Part shown: positions 40,174 through 51,111 of the stretch, piece after piece
Layout of the letters: each line of letters starts with the position of its first letter
Numbering within the stretch: the first letter of the stretch is position 1
Assembly (NCBI GenBank): GCA_045647925.1
Contig: JAZRMY010000011.1
Coordinates: 5,151 to 69,150, forward strand
Direction: 5' to 3'
DNA length: 64,000 nucleotides
From: Acutalibacteraceae bacterium
GTDB taxonomy: Bacteria; Bacillota; Clostridia; Oscillospirales; Acutalibacteraceae
Translations under genes and position numbers: made by a program
The notes under the pieces: model-generated
Database searches by the model: none
Seen by the model: only the letters and a program-made list of their open reading frames with translations
What the model was told of the DNA's origin: nothing

Positions 40174-40795
40174 TGTTGCTTTGCCAAAGGGAAGACTTGG
40201 CGAAAAGGTTTATGCAATGTTTGAAGCCGCAGGCTATGAATGCCCTTCAATTAAGGAGAATAACCGTAAATTAATTTTCGAAAATACCGAAAAGCAAATA
40301 CGTTATTTTTGGGTAAAACCTAGTGATGTTGCGATTTACGTAGAAAGGGGAGCCGCAGACATAGGTGTTGCAGGTAAAGACATTTTGCTTGAATATTCAC
40401 CCGATGTTTACGAGCTATTAGACCTTAACTTAGGTAAATGCGATATGGCGGTTGCCGCCCCTAACGATTTTCATGATGACGGCGAAAAAACCTTACGTGT
40501 TGCTACTAAATTTACAAAAATTGCTGCCGATTATTATTCAAAACTCGGCAGAGAAATTGATATAATAAAGCTTAACGGCTCAATCGAAATAGCGCCAATT
40601 TTATCCCTTTCGGATGTTATTGTTGATATTGTTGAAACAGGAACAACCTTGAAAGAAAACAACCTTTCGGTAGTAACTAAATTTTTACCGATAAGCGCAA
40701 GACTTATTTCAAATAAATCATCCTTTAAATTTAAAAATACACAAATTGAGGATATTGTTAATTCCATTAAGAATCAGGTAGAGAATAATGATTAA
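40166..40795 (+). CDS. hisG: ATP phosphoribosyltransferase, short form
   Basis: 209 aa, LNVALPKGRL... typical of HisG-S. Confidence 0.9.
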   Translation: MLNVALPKGRLGEKVYAMFEAAGYECPSIKENNRKLIFENTEKQIRYFWVKPSDVAIYVERGAADIGVAGKDILLEYSPDVYELLDLNLGKCDMAVAAPNDFHDDGEKTLRVATKFTKIAADYYSKLGREIDIIKLNGSIEIAPILSLSDVIVDIVETGTTLKENNLSVVTKFLPISARLISNKSSFKFKNTQIEDIVNSIKNQVENND

Positions 40796-42065
40796 AATTT
40801 TAAATTATAACGAGGTTTCAAGTGATGAAATCTTTGCAAGAGATAATATTGCTTCAAACGTTGAAGACATTGTAACCGATATAATTAAAAACGTAATAGC
40901 AAACGGTGACAAAGCTCTTTTTGAATACTGCTTAAAATTCGATAAGGCTGAACTTAAAACCTTAGAAGTAACAAAAGAAGAAATTGATGAAGCTTTTGCT
41001 TTAGTTGATAACGAGTTTATTGAGATTTTAAAGGAAGCAGCAGAAAATATACGCGGTTTTCATCAAAAACAGGTTAAAAACAGCTTTATTATTAACGAAA
41101 AAGACGGTGTTGTAATTGGTCAAAAGGTAACACCAATCGAAAAGGTTGGTCTTTACGTACCGGGTGGTACTGCGGCATATCCTTCAACCGTTCTTATGGA
41201 CAGTATTCCTGCAAAGATTGCGGGTTGCAGCGAGATTGTTATGGTAACGCCACCGCTTTCAAACGGAAAGGTTAATCCCGTAATACTTGCCGCCGCTAAA
41301 ATTGCAGGTGTAGACCGCATATTTAAGGTTGGTGGTGCACAAGCCGTTGCCGCTTTGGCGTATGGTACAGAATCGATACCAAAGGTTGATAAAATAGTAG
41401 GTCCCGGTAACGCTTTTGTTGCAGAGGCTAAAAAACAAGTATTCGGCAAAGTTTCTATTGATATGATTGCAGGCCCCAGTGAAATTCTTGTTGTTGCAGA
41501 TTCTACTGCTAATGCTAAACATGTTGCGGCAGATTTGCTTTCTCAGGCAGAGCATGATAAAATGGCAAGTGCAGTTTTGGTTACCGATTCACTCGCTTTC
41601 GCACAAAAGGTAAGTGACGAATTAGAAATACAAATTCCAAAACTACCTCGTAACGAAATTGCCCGTGCTTCTATTGACAATAACGGTAAGATTATTGTAG
41701 CCGAAAACGATTTAATGAAAGCTATTGATATTGCAAATGAAATAGCGCCCGAACACCTTGAGCTTTGTGTTGATAATCCGTTTGATTACCTTGATAAAAT
41801 TAAACACGCAGGTTCAATCTTTATGGGCAAATATTGTCCCGAAGCTTTGGGCGACTACTTTGCAGGACCTAACCACACATTACCAACAAGCGGTACCGCA
41901 AGATTTTCTTCTCCGCTTTCGGTAGATGATTTTGTTAAAAAATCGCAGTTCACTTACTACACAAAAGAAGCCCTTTCTAAAGTTGCAAATAAAATAGAAT
42001 ACTTTGCAAACAAAGAGGGACTCAAAGCACACGCTAAAAGCGCAGTAATTCGTTTTGAGGACTAA
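40788..42065 (+). CDS. hisD: Histidinol dehydrogenase
   Basis: 425 aa, with the motif QAEHD and the sequence [13 protein letters not shown]. Confidence 0.95.
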   Translation: MIKILNYNEVSSDEIFARDNIASNVEDIVTDIIKNVIANGDKALFEYCLKFDKAELKTLEVTKEEIDEAFALVDNEFIEILKEAAENIRGFHQKQVKNSFIINEKDGVVIGQKVTPIEKVGLYVPGGTAAYPSTVLMDSIPAKIAGCSEIVMVTPPLSNGKVNPVILAAAKIAGVDRIFKVGGAQAVAALAYGTESIPKVDKIVGPGNAFVAEAKKQVFGKVSIDMIAGPSEILVVADSTANAKHVAADLLSQAEHDKMASAVLVTDSLAFAQKVSDELEIQIPKLPRNEIARASIDNNGKIIVAENDLMKAIDIANEIAPEHLELCVDNPFDYLDKIKHAGSIFMGKYCPEALGDYFAGPNHTLPTSGTARFSSPLSVDDFVKKSQFTYYTKEALSKVANKIEYFANKEGLKAHAKSAVIRFED

Positions 42066-42067
42066 AA

Positions 42068-43135
42068 ATGAGTAAATTCTTTTCACAAAAATATTCTGCT
42101 TTAACTCCGTATACCCCCGGTGAACAACCAAAGGATATGCAGTATTTAAAGCTTAATACAAATGAATCGCCATTTAAGGTTTCGCCGTCGGTTGAAAAAG
42201 CTTTAAAAACAGAATGCGAAAAATTACAGTTATATTCAGACCCTGAAAGTATTAATTTACGCAAGAAATTAGCAGAAATTTATTCTGTTTCACCCGAACA
42301 GGTAATAGTAACAAACGGCTCTGACGAAGTGCTTAATTTTGCTTTTATGGCTTTTTGCGATAGCGAAACACCGATTGCTTTTCCGGATATTACATACGGT
42401 TTTTACCCTGTATTTGCAGAACTTAATAACATTCCGTATCGTGAAATACCGCTTAAAGACGATTTTTCTATTGACATTAACGATTATATTGGAATAAATA
42501 AAACTATTGTTATAGCAAATCCTAACGCGCCTACGGGACTTATTTTATCTCTCCAAGATATTGAGAAAATAGTACAAAGCAACCCTCAAAACGTTGTAAT
42601 TATTGATGAAGCTTACATAGATTTCGGTGGCGTTAGTGCTATATCTCTCGTTGATAAATACGATAATTTACTTATTACCCAAACCTTTTCAAAATCACGT
42701 TCTATGGCGGGCGCAAGACTTGGTTTTGGTATAGGTAATAAAGACCTTATTGCCGACCTTAACACCATTAAATATTCGACTAATCCGTATAACGTAAACC
42801 GTTTAACCGAGTGGGCAGGTGTTGCGGCACTTAATGACAACGATTATTATATGGATAACTGCAAAACTATTATAAATAACCGTGAATGGACAGAAAATGA
42901 GCTTATTAAATTAGGTTTTTCTGTTTTACCTTCAAAAGCAAATTTTGTTTTTGCAAAATCATCAAAAATTGACGGTGAAAAGCTCTACACAGAACTTAAA
43001 AACCGTGGTATTTTAATAAGACATTTTGGAAAAGAACGCATTAAGGATTATATTAGAATTACAATTGGTACAATAGAACAAATGCAAGTTTTTATTAATA
43101 CTTTAAAAGAAATTTTAGGAGAAAATTCTTTATGA
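42068..43135 (+). CDS. hisC: Histidinol-phosphate aminotransferase
   Basis: 355 aa class-II aminotransferase with PLP lysine context TFSKSRSMAG. Confidence 0.9.
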   Translation: MSKFFSQKYSALTPYTPGEQPKDMQYLKLNTNESPFKVSPSVEKALKTECEKLQLYSDPESINLRKKLAEIYSVSPEQVIVTNGSDEVLNFAFMAFCDSETPIAFPDITYGFYPVFAELNNIPYREIPLKDDFSIDINDYIGINKTIVIANPNAPTGLILSLQDIEKIVQSNPQNVVIIDEAYIDFGGVSAISLVDKYDNLLITQTFSKSRSMAGARLGFGIGNKDLIADLNTIKYSTNPYNVNRLTEWAGVAALNDNDYYMDNCKTIINNREWTENELIKLGFSVLPSKANFVFAKSSKIDGEKLYTELKNRGILIRHFGKERIKDYIRITIGTIEQMQVFINTLKEILGENSL

Positions 43136-43719
43136 GAAACGCAGAAATTGTAAGAAAAACTAAAGAAACAGATATTAAGTTATCCTTAAACCTTGACGGA
43201 AAAGGGGATAGCGTAATAAATTCGGGTTGTGGCTTTTTAGACCATATGTTAACTTTATTTTCAAAACACGCAAGATTTGATTTGAACGTTAAATGTGTTG
43301 GTGACGTTGAAGTTGATTATCACCACACAACCGAAGATATTGCTATTTGCCTTGGTGACGCTTTTAAAACCGCTATTGGTGATAAGAAGGGTATTTGCCG
43401 TTACGGTGATATTGTTCTTCCGATGGACGAAGCGCTAATTCTTTCTGCAGTTGATATTTCGGGCAGAGGACAATGCTACTACAATATGCAAATCCCAACC
43501 GAAAAAGTAGGCGATTTTGATACCGAATTATGCAAAGAATTTTGGGATGCTTTTGCCCGTCAGGCAGGTATTTCTCTACACATTGTTATGCTTGATGGCG
43601 GCAACTCGCACCACATTATTGAAGGCTCTTTTAAATCGGTTGCAAGAAGCCTTAGAAAAGCAGTTAAAATTGACCCTGAGCTCAAAGACGAAATCCCATC
43701 TACGAAAGGTATTATCTAA
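43132..43719 (+). CDS. hisB: Imidazoleglycerol-phosphate dehydratase
   Basis: 195 aa, with DYHHTTED and NSHHIIE motifs. Confidence 0.95.
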   Translation: MRNAEIVRKTKETDIKLSLNLDGKGDSVINSGCGFLDHMLTLFSKHARFDLNVKCVGDVEVDYHHTTEDIAICLGDAFKTAIGDKKGICRYGDIVLPMDEALILSAVDISGRGQCYYNMQIPTEKVGDFDTELCKEFWDAFARQAGISLHIVMLDGGNSHHIIEGSFKSVARSLRKAVKIDPELKDEIPSTKGII

Positions 43720-44339
43720 TGATAGCGATTATTGATTACGGTGTTGGAAATTTATTTTCATTAACATCATCTTTTAAAAAAATCGGAGCAGATATTGTTG
43801 TTACGTCGGATAAAAACGTAATTGAAAATGCCGATAAAATTATTTTACCGGGCGTTGGCGCTTTTGCCGATGCCGCGCGAAAACTTCGTGACAGCGGACT
43901 TGATACAGTTTTAATTAATGCCGCAAAAAACGGTAAAAAAATTATGGGTATTTGCCTTGGTATGCAGTTACTTTTTGAAAAAAGCTTTGAATATGGCGAA
44001 CATAAAGGGCTTGGTCTTTTAAAAGGTCAGGTTATACCAATGGAAAATACAATACCCGAAAACCTTAAAATTCCGCATATTGGTTGGAATGCTTTGCATT
44101 TCAAAAAGAAAAGTCCGCTTTTTAAATATTTGAAAGAAAACGACTGTGTATATTTTGTTCATTCTTTTTATGCAGATAACTGCGAAGACAGCGTAATTGC
44201 TACCGCAGAATATGGCAAAGAAATAACAGCAGCAGTACAGAAAGATAATATATACGGATGTCAATTCCACCCTGAAAAAAGCGGTAACGTAGGTCTTAAT
44301 ATTCTCAAAGCTTTTTGTGAAACGGAGGAAAATTTATGA
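43719..44339 (+). CDS. hisH: Imidazole glycerol phosphate synthase, glutaminase subunit
   Basis: 206 aa, with GICLGMQ and the QFHPEKS triad region. Confidence 0.95.
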   Translation: MIAIIDYGVGNLFSLTSSFKKIGADIVVTSDKNVIENADKIILPGVGAFADAARKLRDSGLDTVLINAAKNGKKIMGICLGMQLLFEKSFEYGEHKGLGLLKGQVIPMENTIPENLKIPHIGWNALHFKKKSPLFKYLKENDCVYFVHSFYADNCEDSVIATAEYGKEITAAVQKDNIYGCQFHPEKSGNVGLNILKAFCETEENL

Positions 44340-45049
44340 TAATTTTTCCTGCAATTGATTTATTTGATAAAAAAGCAGTTCGTCTTTATAAAGGCGACTA
44401 TGAAAATATGACCGTTTATAGCGAAAATCCTATTGAAATCGCTAAAGATTTCGAAAAATGCGGCGCAACCCATATACATATGGTTGATTTAGAGGGCGCA
44501 AAAGACGGTACAACACCTAATATTTCGATAGTTTCACAGGTTGCAAAGGAAACCTCGCTTTTTGTTGAAATTGGCGGTGGCATTCGTAATATAGAAACGG
44601 CACAAAAGTATATTGATGCAGGGGTTTCGCGTATTATTTTAGGTACCGCCGCAGTTGAAGACGAAAAATTTTTATTGGAATGTATAAATAAATTTGGTGA
44701 TAAAACTGCCGTTGGTGCCGATGTTAAGGAAGGCTACATTGCAATTAAAGGTTGGCTCGAAAAATCGAAGCTCACGCTTGATGAATTTCTTTTGAAAATG
44801 CAGTCATTTGGCGTTAAAAATGTGATTTGTACCGATATTTCAAAGGACGGCGCGATGAAGGGTACTAACCTAGAATTGTACCGCGAATTATCGCAAAAAT
44901 ATTCGTTGGATATTACTGCTTCGGGCGGAGTTTCCACTATTGACGACATTAAAAATCTTCACAAAATGGATATTTACGGCGCAATTATCGGCAAAGCGTA
45001 TTACATAGGCGCTATTGATTTAAAAGAGGCTATTGAGGTGGCTAAATGA
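44336..45049 (+). CDS. hisA: ProFAR isomerase
   Basis: 237 aa, MIIFPAIDL... TIM-barrel HisA. Confidence 0.95.
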   Translation: MIIFPAIDLFDKKAVRLYKGDYENMTVYSENPIEIAKDFEKCGATHIHMVDLEGAKDGTTPNISIVSQVAKETSLFVEIGGGIRNIETAQKYIDAGVSRIILGTAAVEDEKFLLECINKFGDKTAVGADVKEGYIAIKGWLEKSKLTLDEFLLKMQSFGVKNVICTDISKDGAMKGTNLELYRELSQKYSLDITASGGVSTIDDIKNLHKMDIYGAIIGKAYYIGAIDLKEAIEVAK

Positions 45050-45804
45050 TTACAAAACGAATAATTCCTTGCCTTGATATAAAAAACGGCAGAGTAGTAA
45101 AAGGAACAAATTTTAAAGGTCTTTCGGACGTTTCTTCGCCAATTGAACTTGCGAAATATTATTCCGATAACGGCGCAGACGAGCTTGTCTTTTATGATAT
45201 TACCGCTTCTTTTGAGCAAAGACAGTTGTTTACTGATATTTTGACCGATGTTGCGTCACAAATTTTTATACCGTTAACCGTTGGCGGAGGTATAAATACA
45301 CTCGAAGATTTTGACCGTGTACTTAAATGCGGCGCCGATAAAGTAAGTGTAAATTCAGGTGCAATTAAAAATCCAAAACTTATTTACGAAGCGGCTCAAA
45401 GATACGGCGACCAATGTGTAGTGCTGTCTGTTGATATTAAGCGCGTGAACGGCGAATTTCACGTTTTCGCAAAGGGTGGCAGAGAAGACACCGGACTTGA
45501 AGCGATTGAATGGATTAAAAACGGTGTAAATTCGGGCGCAGGGGAAATTGTTGTTAATTCAATTGATACCGACGGTGTAAAAAAAGGCTTTGATATTGAA
45601 CTTTTAAAGCTTGTTTGTAATGCCGTAAATGTACCTGTTATCGCTTCGGGCGGTGCAGGTAATACAAAACATTTTACCGATTTGTTCAAAGAAATACCCG
45701 ATATTGATGCGGCTTTGGCAGCGTCCGTTTTCCACTTTGGCGAAATTGAAATTCCAAAGCTTAAAGAAATTTTAAAAAGTAATGATATTATTGTGAGGTT
45801 ATAA
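45046..45804 (+). CDS. hisF: Imidazole glycerol phosphate synthase, cyclase subunit
   Basis: 252 aa, RIIPCLDIKNGRVVKG. Confidence 0.95.
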   Translation: MITKRIIPCLDIKNGRVVKGTNFKGLSDVSSPIELAKYYSDNGADELVFYDITASFEQRQLFTDILTDVASQIFIPLTVGGGINTLEDFDRVLKCGADKVSVNSGAIKNPKLIYEAAQRYGDQCVVLSVDIKRVNGEFHVFAKGGREDTGLEAIEWIKNGVNSGAGEIVVNSIDTDGVKKGFDIELLKLVCNAVNVPVIASGGAGNTKHFTDLFKEIPDIDAALAASVFHFGEIEIPKLKEILKSNDIIVRL

Positions 45805-45807
45805 TAA

Positions 45808-46458
45808 ATGGTTAATATTAACGAGCTTAAATTCGACCAAAACGGATTGATTCCCGCAGTTGTGGTTGATAGTATTACAAAAAAGGTTTTAACAGTAGCT
45901 TATATGAACAAGGAAAGTCTTCAAATTTCTATGGATAAGGGTCTTACTTGTTTTTACAGCCGTTCCCGTAACGAATTATGGTTAAAAGGGGAAACAAGCG
46001 GTAACTACCAACATATCGTAAGCATCACTGCCGATTGTGATAACGATGCTTTAGTGGTGGTTGTTGAAAAGGACGGTCCTGCTTGTCACAAGGGAACCGA
46101 TTCTTGTTTTACAAATACTCTTTGGGAAAGTGATGAATTACAGGAATTCAGCTTAAATTCACTTTACGATATGCTTATTGACCGTAAAATTAAAAAGCCC
46201 GAGGGCTCATATACAACCTACCTTTTTGAAAAGGGAATTGATAAGATTCTTAAAAAGGTTGGGGAAGAGTCAACCGAGGTTATTATTGCCGCAAAGGCCG
46301 ACGATAAAAACGAAACAATTTACGAGCTTGCAGACCTCATGTATCATGCAATGGTGCTTATGGTAGAAATGGGAATTACAACTGAAGATGTACACAAAGA
46401 ACTAGCATCTCGCCATATAATTGACCATAAAGTAAAGCAAGAAAAAATGACAAAATAA
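45808..46458 (+). CDS. hisI: Bifunctional phosphoribosyl-AMP cyclohydrolase / phosphoribosyl-ATP pyrophosphatase
   Basis: 216 aa, with HisI (GLIPAVV, CDNDAL) and HisE (YTTYLFEKG) halves. Confidence 0.9.
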   Translation: MVNINELKFDQNGLIPAVVVDSITKKVLTVAYMNKESLQISMDKGLTCFYSRSRNELWLKGETSGNYQHIVSITADCDNDALVVVVEKDGPACHKGTDSCFTNTLWESDELQEFSLNSLYDMLIDRKIKKPEGSYTTYLFEKGIDKILKKVGEESTEVIIAAKADDKNETIYELADLMYHAMVLMVEMGITTEDVHKELASRHIIDHKVKQEKMTK

Positions 46459-46472
46459 ACATTTTTAGTTTT

Positions 46473-46507
46473 AAGTGCTGATTTTATTAAAAATCGGCAC
46501 TTTTTTA
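46473..46507 (+). terminator. Intrinsic terminator of the his operon
   Basis: AAGTGCTGATTTT-loop-AAAATCGGCACTT followed by a T-run. Confidence 0.8.
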
Positions 46508-46529
46508 TGCATAAAATTCAATAATATGC

Positions 46530-46558
46530 TTGAAAATATGCATAATTTAATATATAAT
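46530..46558 (+). promoter_or_regulatory. Sigma-A type promoter before nusB
   Basis: TTGAAA-17 nt-TATAAT. Confidence 0.6.
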
Positions 46559-46589
46559 ATAAACTGTATAAATATATAAGAGGTGCATT

Positions 46590-46982
46590 ATGAAACGTAA
46601 ACAAGCAAGAGAAGAAGCATTTATTCTTATTTTTGAAAAAGTATTCAATAATGATTCGGTTGAAGAAATTCTTGAACTTGCAAACGAAGTGAGAGATTTA
46701 GAAGCCGATGATTATATTAAAACTGTTTTTAAGGGTGTATACGAAAACCTTGAAGCACTTGACGATATAATTTCACAAAATGCAATTGGTTGGAGTATTG
46801 GTAGAATTTCTAAAACCGCTTTATGTGTTTTAAGGCTTTCGCTTTTTGAAATTAAATTTATGGAAGATATTCCTGTTTCGGTTTCAATTAACGAGGCAGT
46901 TGAGCTTTGTAAAAAGTATGCAACTAAAGATGATGCTTCATTTGTAAACGGTATTTTATCTACCGTTGCAAAATCTATTTAA
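46590..46982 (+). CDS. nusB: Transcription antitermination factor NusB
   Basis: 130 aa, MKRKQAREEAF... typical of NusB. Confidence 0.9.
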   Translation: MKRKQAREEAFILIFEKVFNNDSVEEILELANEVRDLEADDYIKTVFKGVYENLEALDDIISQNAIGWSIGRISKTALCVLRLSLFEIKFMEDIPVSVSINEAVELCKKYATKDDASFVNGILSTVAKSI

Positions 46983-46983
46983 T

Positions 46984-48189
46984 ATGCAAAACTCTTCCTT
47001 AACTGTTCGCCAACTCAATTTATTTGTTAAGTCATTAATTGAGGGGGATGTTCGCCTTAACGATATTACAGTAATCGGTGAAATTTCTAACTTTAAGAAT
47101 CATTATGCAAGCGGTCATCTTTATTTCACACTTAAGGATAATGATGCTTCAATCCGTTGCGTTATGTTTAAGGGTTACGCGCAATATATAAAATTTGCCG
47201 TAAAGGATGGCTTAAAGGTAGTTCTTCGCGGTAAGGTTTCTATTTACGAAAAGGATGGTCAGTACCAATTCTACGCTCAGGAAATGCATGAATACGGCAA
47301 AGGCGATATTGCATTACAGTTTGAACAAATAAAAGAAAAGCTTTCAAGCGAAGGCCTGTTTGATACAGAATCAAAAAGACCTATCCCTAAATTTCCAAAG
47401 CGTATTGCGGTTATTACCTCTGACACGGGGGCGGCCGTTCAGGATATTATCAATATTCTTTCACGCCGTTGGCCGCTCTGTGAAATAATGCTTTATCCCG
47501 TTGCTGTTCAGGGCGAAAACGCCGTGCCTGATATGCTTTCGGCTTTGGATAAGGTTTATGATTCATCCTTGTGCGATACTATCATTATCGGTCGTGGTGG
47601 TGGCTCTATTGAGGATTTATGGGCTTTCAACAGTGAAGCACTTGCCCGTAAAATATATGAATCGCCAATACCTGTAATTTCTGCCGTTGGTCACGAAACC
47701 GATTTTACAATATGTGACTTTGTTGCCGATTTACGAGCGCCAACACCGTCGGCAGCCGCAGAGCTTGCAGTGCCTGATATTAATGAGATTAATATAAAAA
47801 TCAATTCATTAAGCACTTCCTTAAAAAGTTCACTAATTTCTAAATACAATCTCAATAAGGTTAAATTAGAAAAACTTACAAATTCGTATATTTTTAAATC
47901 TCCAATTGATGCTTTTATTTCTGCGCGTCAGCAGATTACCGATAATTTAACCGACCGTCTTTTATTAAACTTTCAAAATATTTTAAACCATAATAAATCG
48001 CGTCTTTCGAATAATATTTCTAAGCTTGATGCTTTGAGTCCGCTTAAAATACTTTCACGCGGTTTTTCTGTAATTGAAAGTGAAGGTAAAGTTATCACAT
48101 CTGCAAAATCGGTTGAAATTGGAGATAATGTTACGCTTACTTTATCTGACGGTAAGCTAAACTGTACAGTAAATTCTAAAGGAGAATAA
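46984..48189 (+). CDS. xseA: Exodeoxyribonuclease VII large subunit
   Basis: An OB-fold N-terminus, and the GRGGGSIEDLWAFN motif. I chose the ATG at 46984, just after the nusB stop. Confidence 0.9.
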   Translation: MQNSSLTVRQLNLFVKSLIEGDVRLNDITVIGEISNFKNHYASGHLYFTLKDNDASIRCVMFKGYAQYIKFAVKDGLKVVLRGKVSIYEKDGQYQFYAQEMHEYGKGDIALQFEQIKEKLSSEGLFDTESKRPIPKFPKRIAVITSDTGAAVQDIINILSRRWPLCEIMLYPVAVQGENAVPDMLSALDKVYDSSLCDTIIIGRGGGSIEDLWAFNSEALARKIYESPIPVISAVGHETDFTICDFVADLRAPTPSAAAELAVPDINEINIKINSLSTSLKSSLISKYNLNKVKLEKLTNSYIFKSPIDAFISARQQITDNLTDRLLLNFQNILNHNKSRLSNNISKLDALSPLKILSRGFSVIESEGKVITSAKSVEIGDNVTLTLSDGKLNCTVNSKGE

Positions 48190-48190
48190 T

Positions 48191-48385
48191 ATGTCTGAAA
48201 ATTCCTTTGATTTTGAAAAATCCTTAAACGAGCTTGAAAAAATCGTTTCCGCTTTAGAAGATAACGAAATTTCCCTTAATGAAGCAATAAAGCTTTTTGA
48301 AAAGGGAATTGAGCTTTCTAATAAATGCCGCCAAACACTTGAAAAAGCAGAAATTAAAATTACTGCTTTAACCGGCAAGGAGTAA
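48191..48385 (+). CDS. xseB: Exodeoxyribonuclease VII small subunit
   Basis: 64 aa, FEKSLNELEKIVSALE. Confidence 0.9.
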   Translation: MSENSFDFEKSLNELEKIVSALEDNEISLNEAIKLFEKGIELSNKCRQTLEKAEIKITALTGKE

Positions 48386-48389
48386 ATCT

Positions 48390-49268
48390 ATGATTAACGC
48401 GCTAATTAATAACTATAAGACCGTTTTTGAAGCCGAGATAGATAAATTACTCCCTTTAAAAGATTATCCTTATAACGAGGTTTTAAATGCAGGAAGATAC
48501 AGTCTGCTTTTAGGCGGTAAAAGAATAAGACCTATAATTACCGCAGAATTCTGCCTTCTTGCAGGCGGCTATGTGGAAGATTCATACAACTTCGCAATTG
48601 CGCTTGAAATGATACACACATATTCTCTTATTCATGACGATTTACCTTGTATGGATAACGATGATTTGCGTAGAGGTAAACCCTCGTGTCATAAAGCATT
48701 TGGCGAGGATATCGCACTTCTTGCAGGGGATACTTTACTTACAGAGGCTTTTAACATATTATCAAAGGCCAATTTACCGAGTGACAGAATTGTAAAAGCG
48801 GTTGAATTTTTATCACACCATGCGGGTCTTCACGGAATGATTGGCGGTCAGGTGCTTGATTTACAGTTTGAAAAAATCAGACCGGATGCTCAAAAACTTA
48901 TAGATATGTATTCACGCAAAACCTCGGGTCTTTTAATTGCCGCAGCACAGCTTGGATTAATCGCGGCTGGAAAGACCGATAGTGAATCAATTGTTAATGC
49001 TAACAACTATGCACGAGATTTAGGCATAGCTTTTCAGATTATTGATGATATTCTTGACTGTACTGCCGACGAAAAGCTTTTAGGCAAGCCTGTTGGCAGT
49101 GATGAAAAGAATAATAAAACTACATTTGTTACGCTTTTCGGTTTGGAAAAAGCCAAGGAATTTGCAGAAAAATTCACACAATCTGCTTTAGCTTCTTTGG
49201 ATAAATTTGAAGGAGATAAAACAAATCTTAAAGCACTTACAGAATATTTATTAAAACGAGAATTTTAA
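48390..49268 (+). CDS. ispA: Farnesyl-diphosphate synthase (polyprenyl synthetase family)
   Basis: Two aspartate-rich motifs, LIHDDLPCMDNDDLRRG and FQIIDDILD. Confidence 0.85.
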   Translation: MINALINNYKTVFEAEIDKLLPLKDYPYNEVLNAGRYSLLLGGKRIRPIITAEFCLLAGGYVEDSYNFAIALEMIHTYSLIHDDLPCMDNDDLRRGKPSCHKAFGEDIALLAGDTLLTEAFNILSKANLPSDRIVKAVEFLSHHAGLHGMIGGQVLDLQFEKIRPDAQKLIDMYSRKTSGLLIAAAQLGLIAAGKTDSESIVNANNYARDLGIAFQIIDDILDCTADEKLLGKPVGSDEKNNKTTFVTLFGLEKAKEFAEKFTQSALASLDKFEGDKTNLKALTEYLLKREF

Positions 49269-49281
49269 AGGATGTGAAACG

Positions 49282-51111
49282 GTGAGTTATCCGATTTTAA
49301 GCAAAATTTCTTCCCCCGGCGATATTAAAAAAATGAATATCGGTGAAACCACCGCTTTATGTAAGGAACTACGCGAGTGTATTATTGAAACCGTTTCCAA
49401 AAATGGCGGTCATTTGGCTTCCAACCTTGGCGCAGTTGAATTAACCGTTGCGATTCACAGAACCTTTAATTCACCAAAAGACTCTATAATTTTTGATGTT
49501 GGTCATCAATGCTATACTCATAAACTTTTAACAGGTCGCTTTAACGAATTTCACACCCTTAGAACCGAGGGTGGTATTTCGGGATTTTTAAAGCCGAGCG
49601 AGAGTGAGCACGATGCTTTTATAACAGGGCACAGCAGTAATTCTATTTCTGCCGCATACGGTATTTATAAAGCAAAAAGATTACTCGGTGAAGACGGCAC
49701 TGCTATTGCCGTTATAGGCGACGGTGCGCTTACAGGCGGTATGGCATACGAAGCACTTAATAATGTAGGTAACGGTAAAAATAATTTTATAATTGTTTTA
49801 AATGATAATAAAATGTCTATTTCAAAAAATGTAGGCGCGCTATCACGAAGTCTTACAAAAATGAGAAATAAACCAAGATATCATTACTTTAAATTTGCGT
49901 TAAGTAATTTCTTGCTTAAAATACCTTTTATTGGCAAATTTTTGAACAAATTGTTATATACAGTAAAGGAAGCCTTTAAAGGATTAATTTATAAAAAGAA
50001 TATTTTTTCTTCGCTTGGCTTTAACTATTTAGGACCGGTTGACGGCCATAATATTGAGGCAATGGAATCGCTATTTAAGATTGCCCAAAATTATAACCGT
50101 CCGTCTATTGTTCACGTGATAACTACCAAAGGAAAAGGTTATTCTTACGCCGAAACGAGCCCTAAAAATTATCACGGTGTTTCGCCCTTCGATATTGATG
50201 AAGGTGCTAAGATAAGTGATAAGCTTTCCTTTTCAGATATTGCAGGCGATACGCTTTGCGAAATCGCAAAGAATGATGATACTGTTTGCGCTATTACCGC
50301 CGCAATGACCTCCGGCACAGGACTTTACCGCTTTTCAAAAGAATTTAAAAATAGGTTTTTTGATGTTGGTATTGCTGAACAACACGCCGTAACCTTTGCG
50401 GCAGGGCTTAAAAAAGGCGGACTTAAGCCTTATTTTGCGGTTTATTCATCATTTTTACAACGCGCTTATGACCAAATAATTCACGACTGTGCTATTGAAA
50501 ATCTACCAATTTGTTTGCTAGTTGACCGCGCGGGTATTGTTGGTGAGGACGGTGAAACTCATCAAGGTGTTTTTGATGTTTCATTTTTAACATCAATACC
50601 AAATACCGAAATTTATTCTCCTAGTTTTTATGATGAATTAAGGTATTATATTAAAAAATCCACCGCCGCAAAAAATATCACAGCCATTCGTTATCCCAGA
50701 GGATGCGAAAAGCCTATTGGTGAAGAAATTGATTTCAAACAAGATTATACAATTTTAAAGGGCGTCAGTAAAAAAGCAATAATTACTTATGGTAGGCTTT
50801 TTTCTAACGCTTATGACGCTAAAAGATTTGCAAACGAAATTAATGTAATTAAATTAAATAAAATTTTCCCGTTAAATGATAATTTAATTGAAGAGCTTAA
50901 AGCATTCGATGAAATTCATTTCTTTGAGGAATCACTTAAAAATGGCGGTATAGCAGAGCATTTACTTTCTGTTTTAAATTCAAATAATTATAAAGGCGAA
51001 TTTTCAATTCACGCTATTGAAAATAAGTTTATACCTGCCGCAGAGGTTAGCTCTGCATTAAAAGCTAACGGACTTGATACTGACAGTATGTTGAGGTGTA
51101 TAAATGGCTAA
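49282..51111 (+). CDS. dxs: 1-deoxy-D-xylulose-5-phosphate synthase
   Basis: 609 aa, GTG start, and the GDG...NDN thiamine diphosphate motif. Confidence 0.9.
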   Translation: MSYPILSKISSPGDIKKMNIGETTALCKELRECIIETVSKNGGHLASNLGAVELTVAIHRTFNSPKDSIIFDVGHQCYTHKLLTGRFNEFHTLRTEGGISGFLKPSESEHDAFITGHSSNSISAAYGIYKAKRLLGEDGTAIAVIGDGALTGGMAYEALNNVGNGKNNFIIVLNDNKMSISKNVGALSRSLTKMRNKPRYHYFKFALSNFLLKIPFIGKFLNKLLYTVKEAFKGLIYKKNIFSSLGFNYLGPVDGHNIEAMESLFKIAQNYNRPSIVHVITTKGKGYSYAETSPKNYHGVSPFDIDEGAKISDKLSFSDIAGDTLCEIAKNDDTVCAITAAMTSGTGLYRFSKEFKNRFFDVGIAEQHAVTFAAGLKKGGLKPYFAVYSSFLQRAYDQIIHDCAIENLPICLLVDRAGIVGEDGETHQGVFDVSFLTSIPNTEIYSPSFYDELRYYIKKSTAAKNITAIRYPRGCEKPIGEEIDFKQDYTILKGVSKKAIITYGRLFSNAYDAKRFANEINVIKLNKIFPLNDNLIEELKAFDEIHFFEESLKNGGIAEHLLSVLNSNNYKGEFSIHAIENKFIPAAEVSSALKANGLDTDSMLRCING

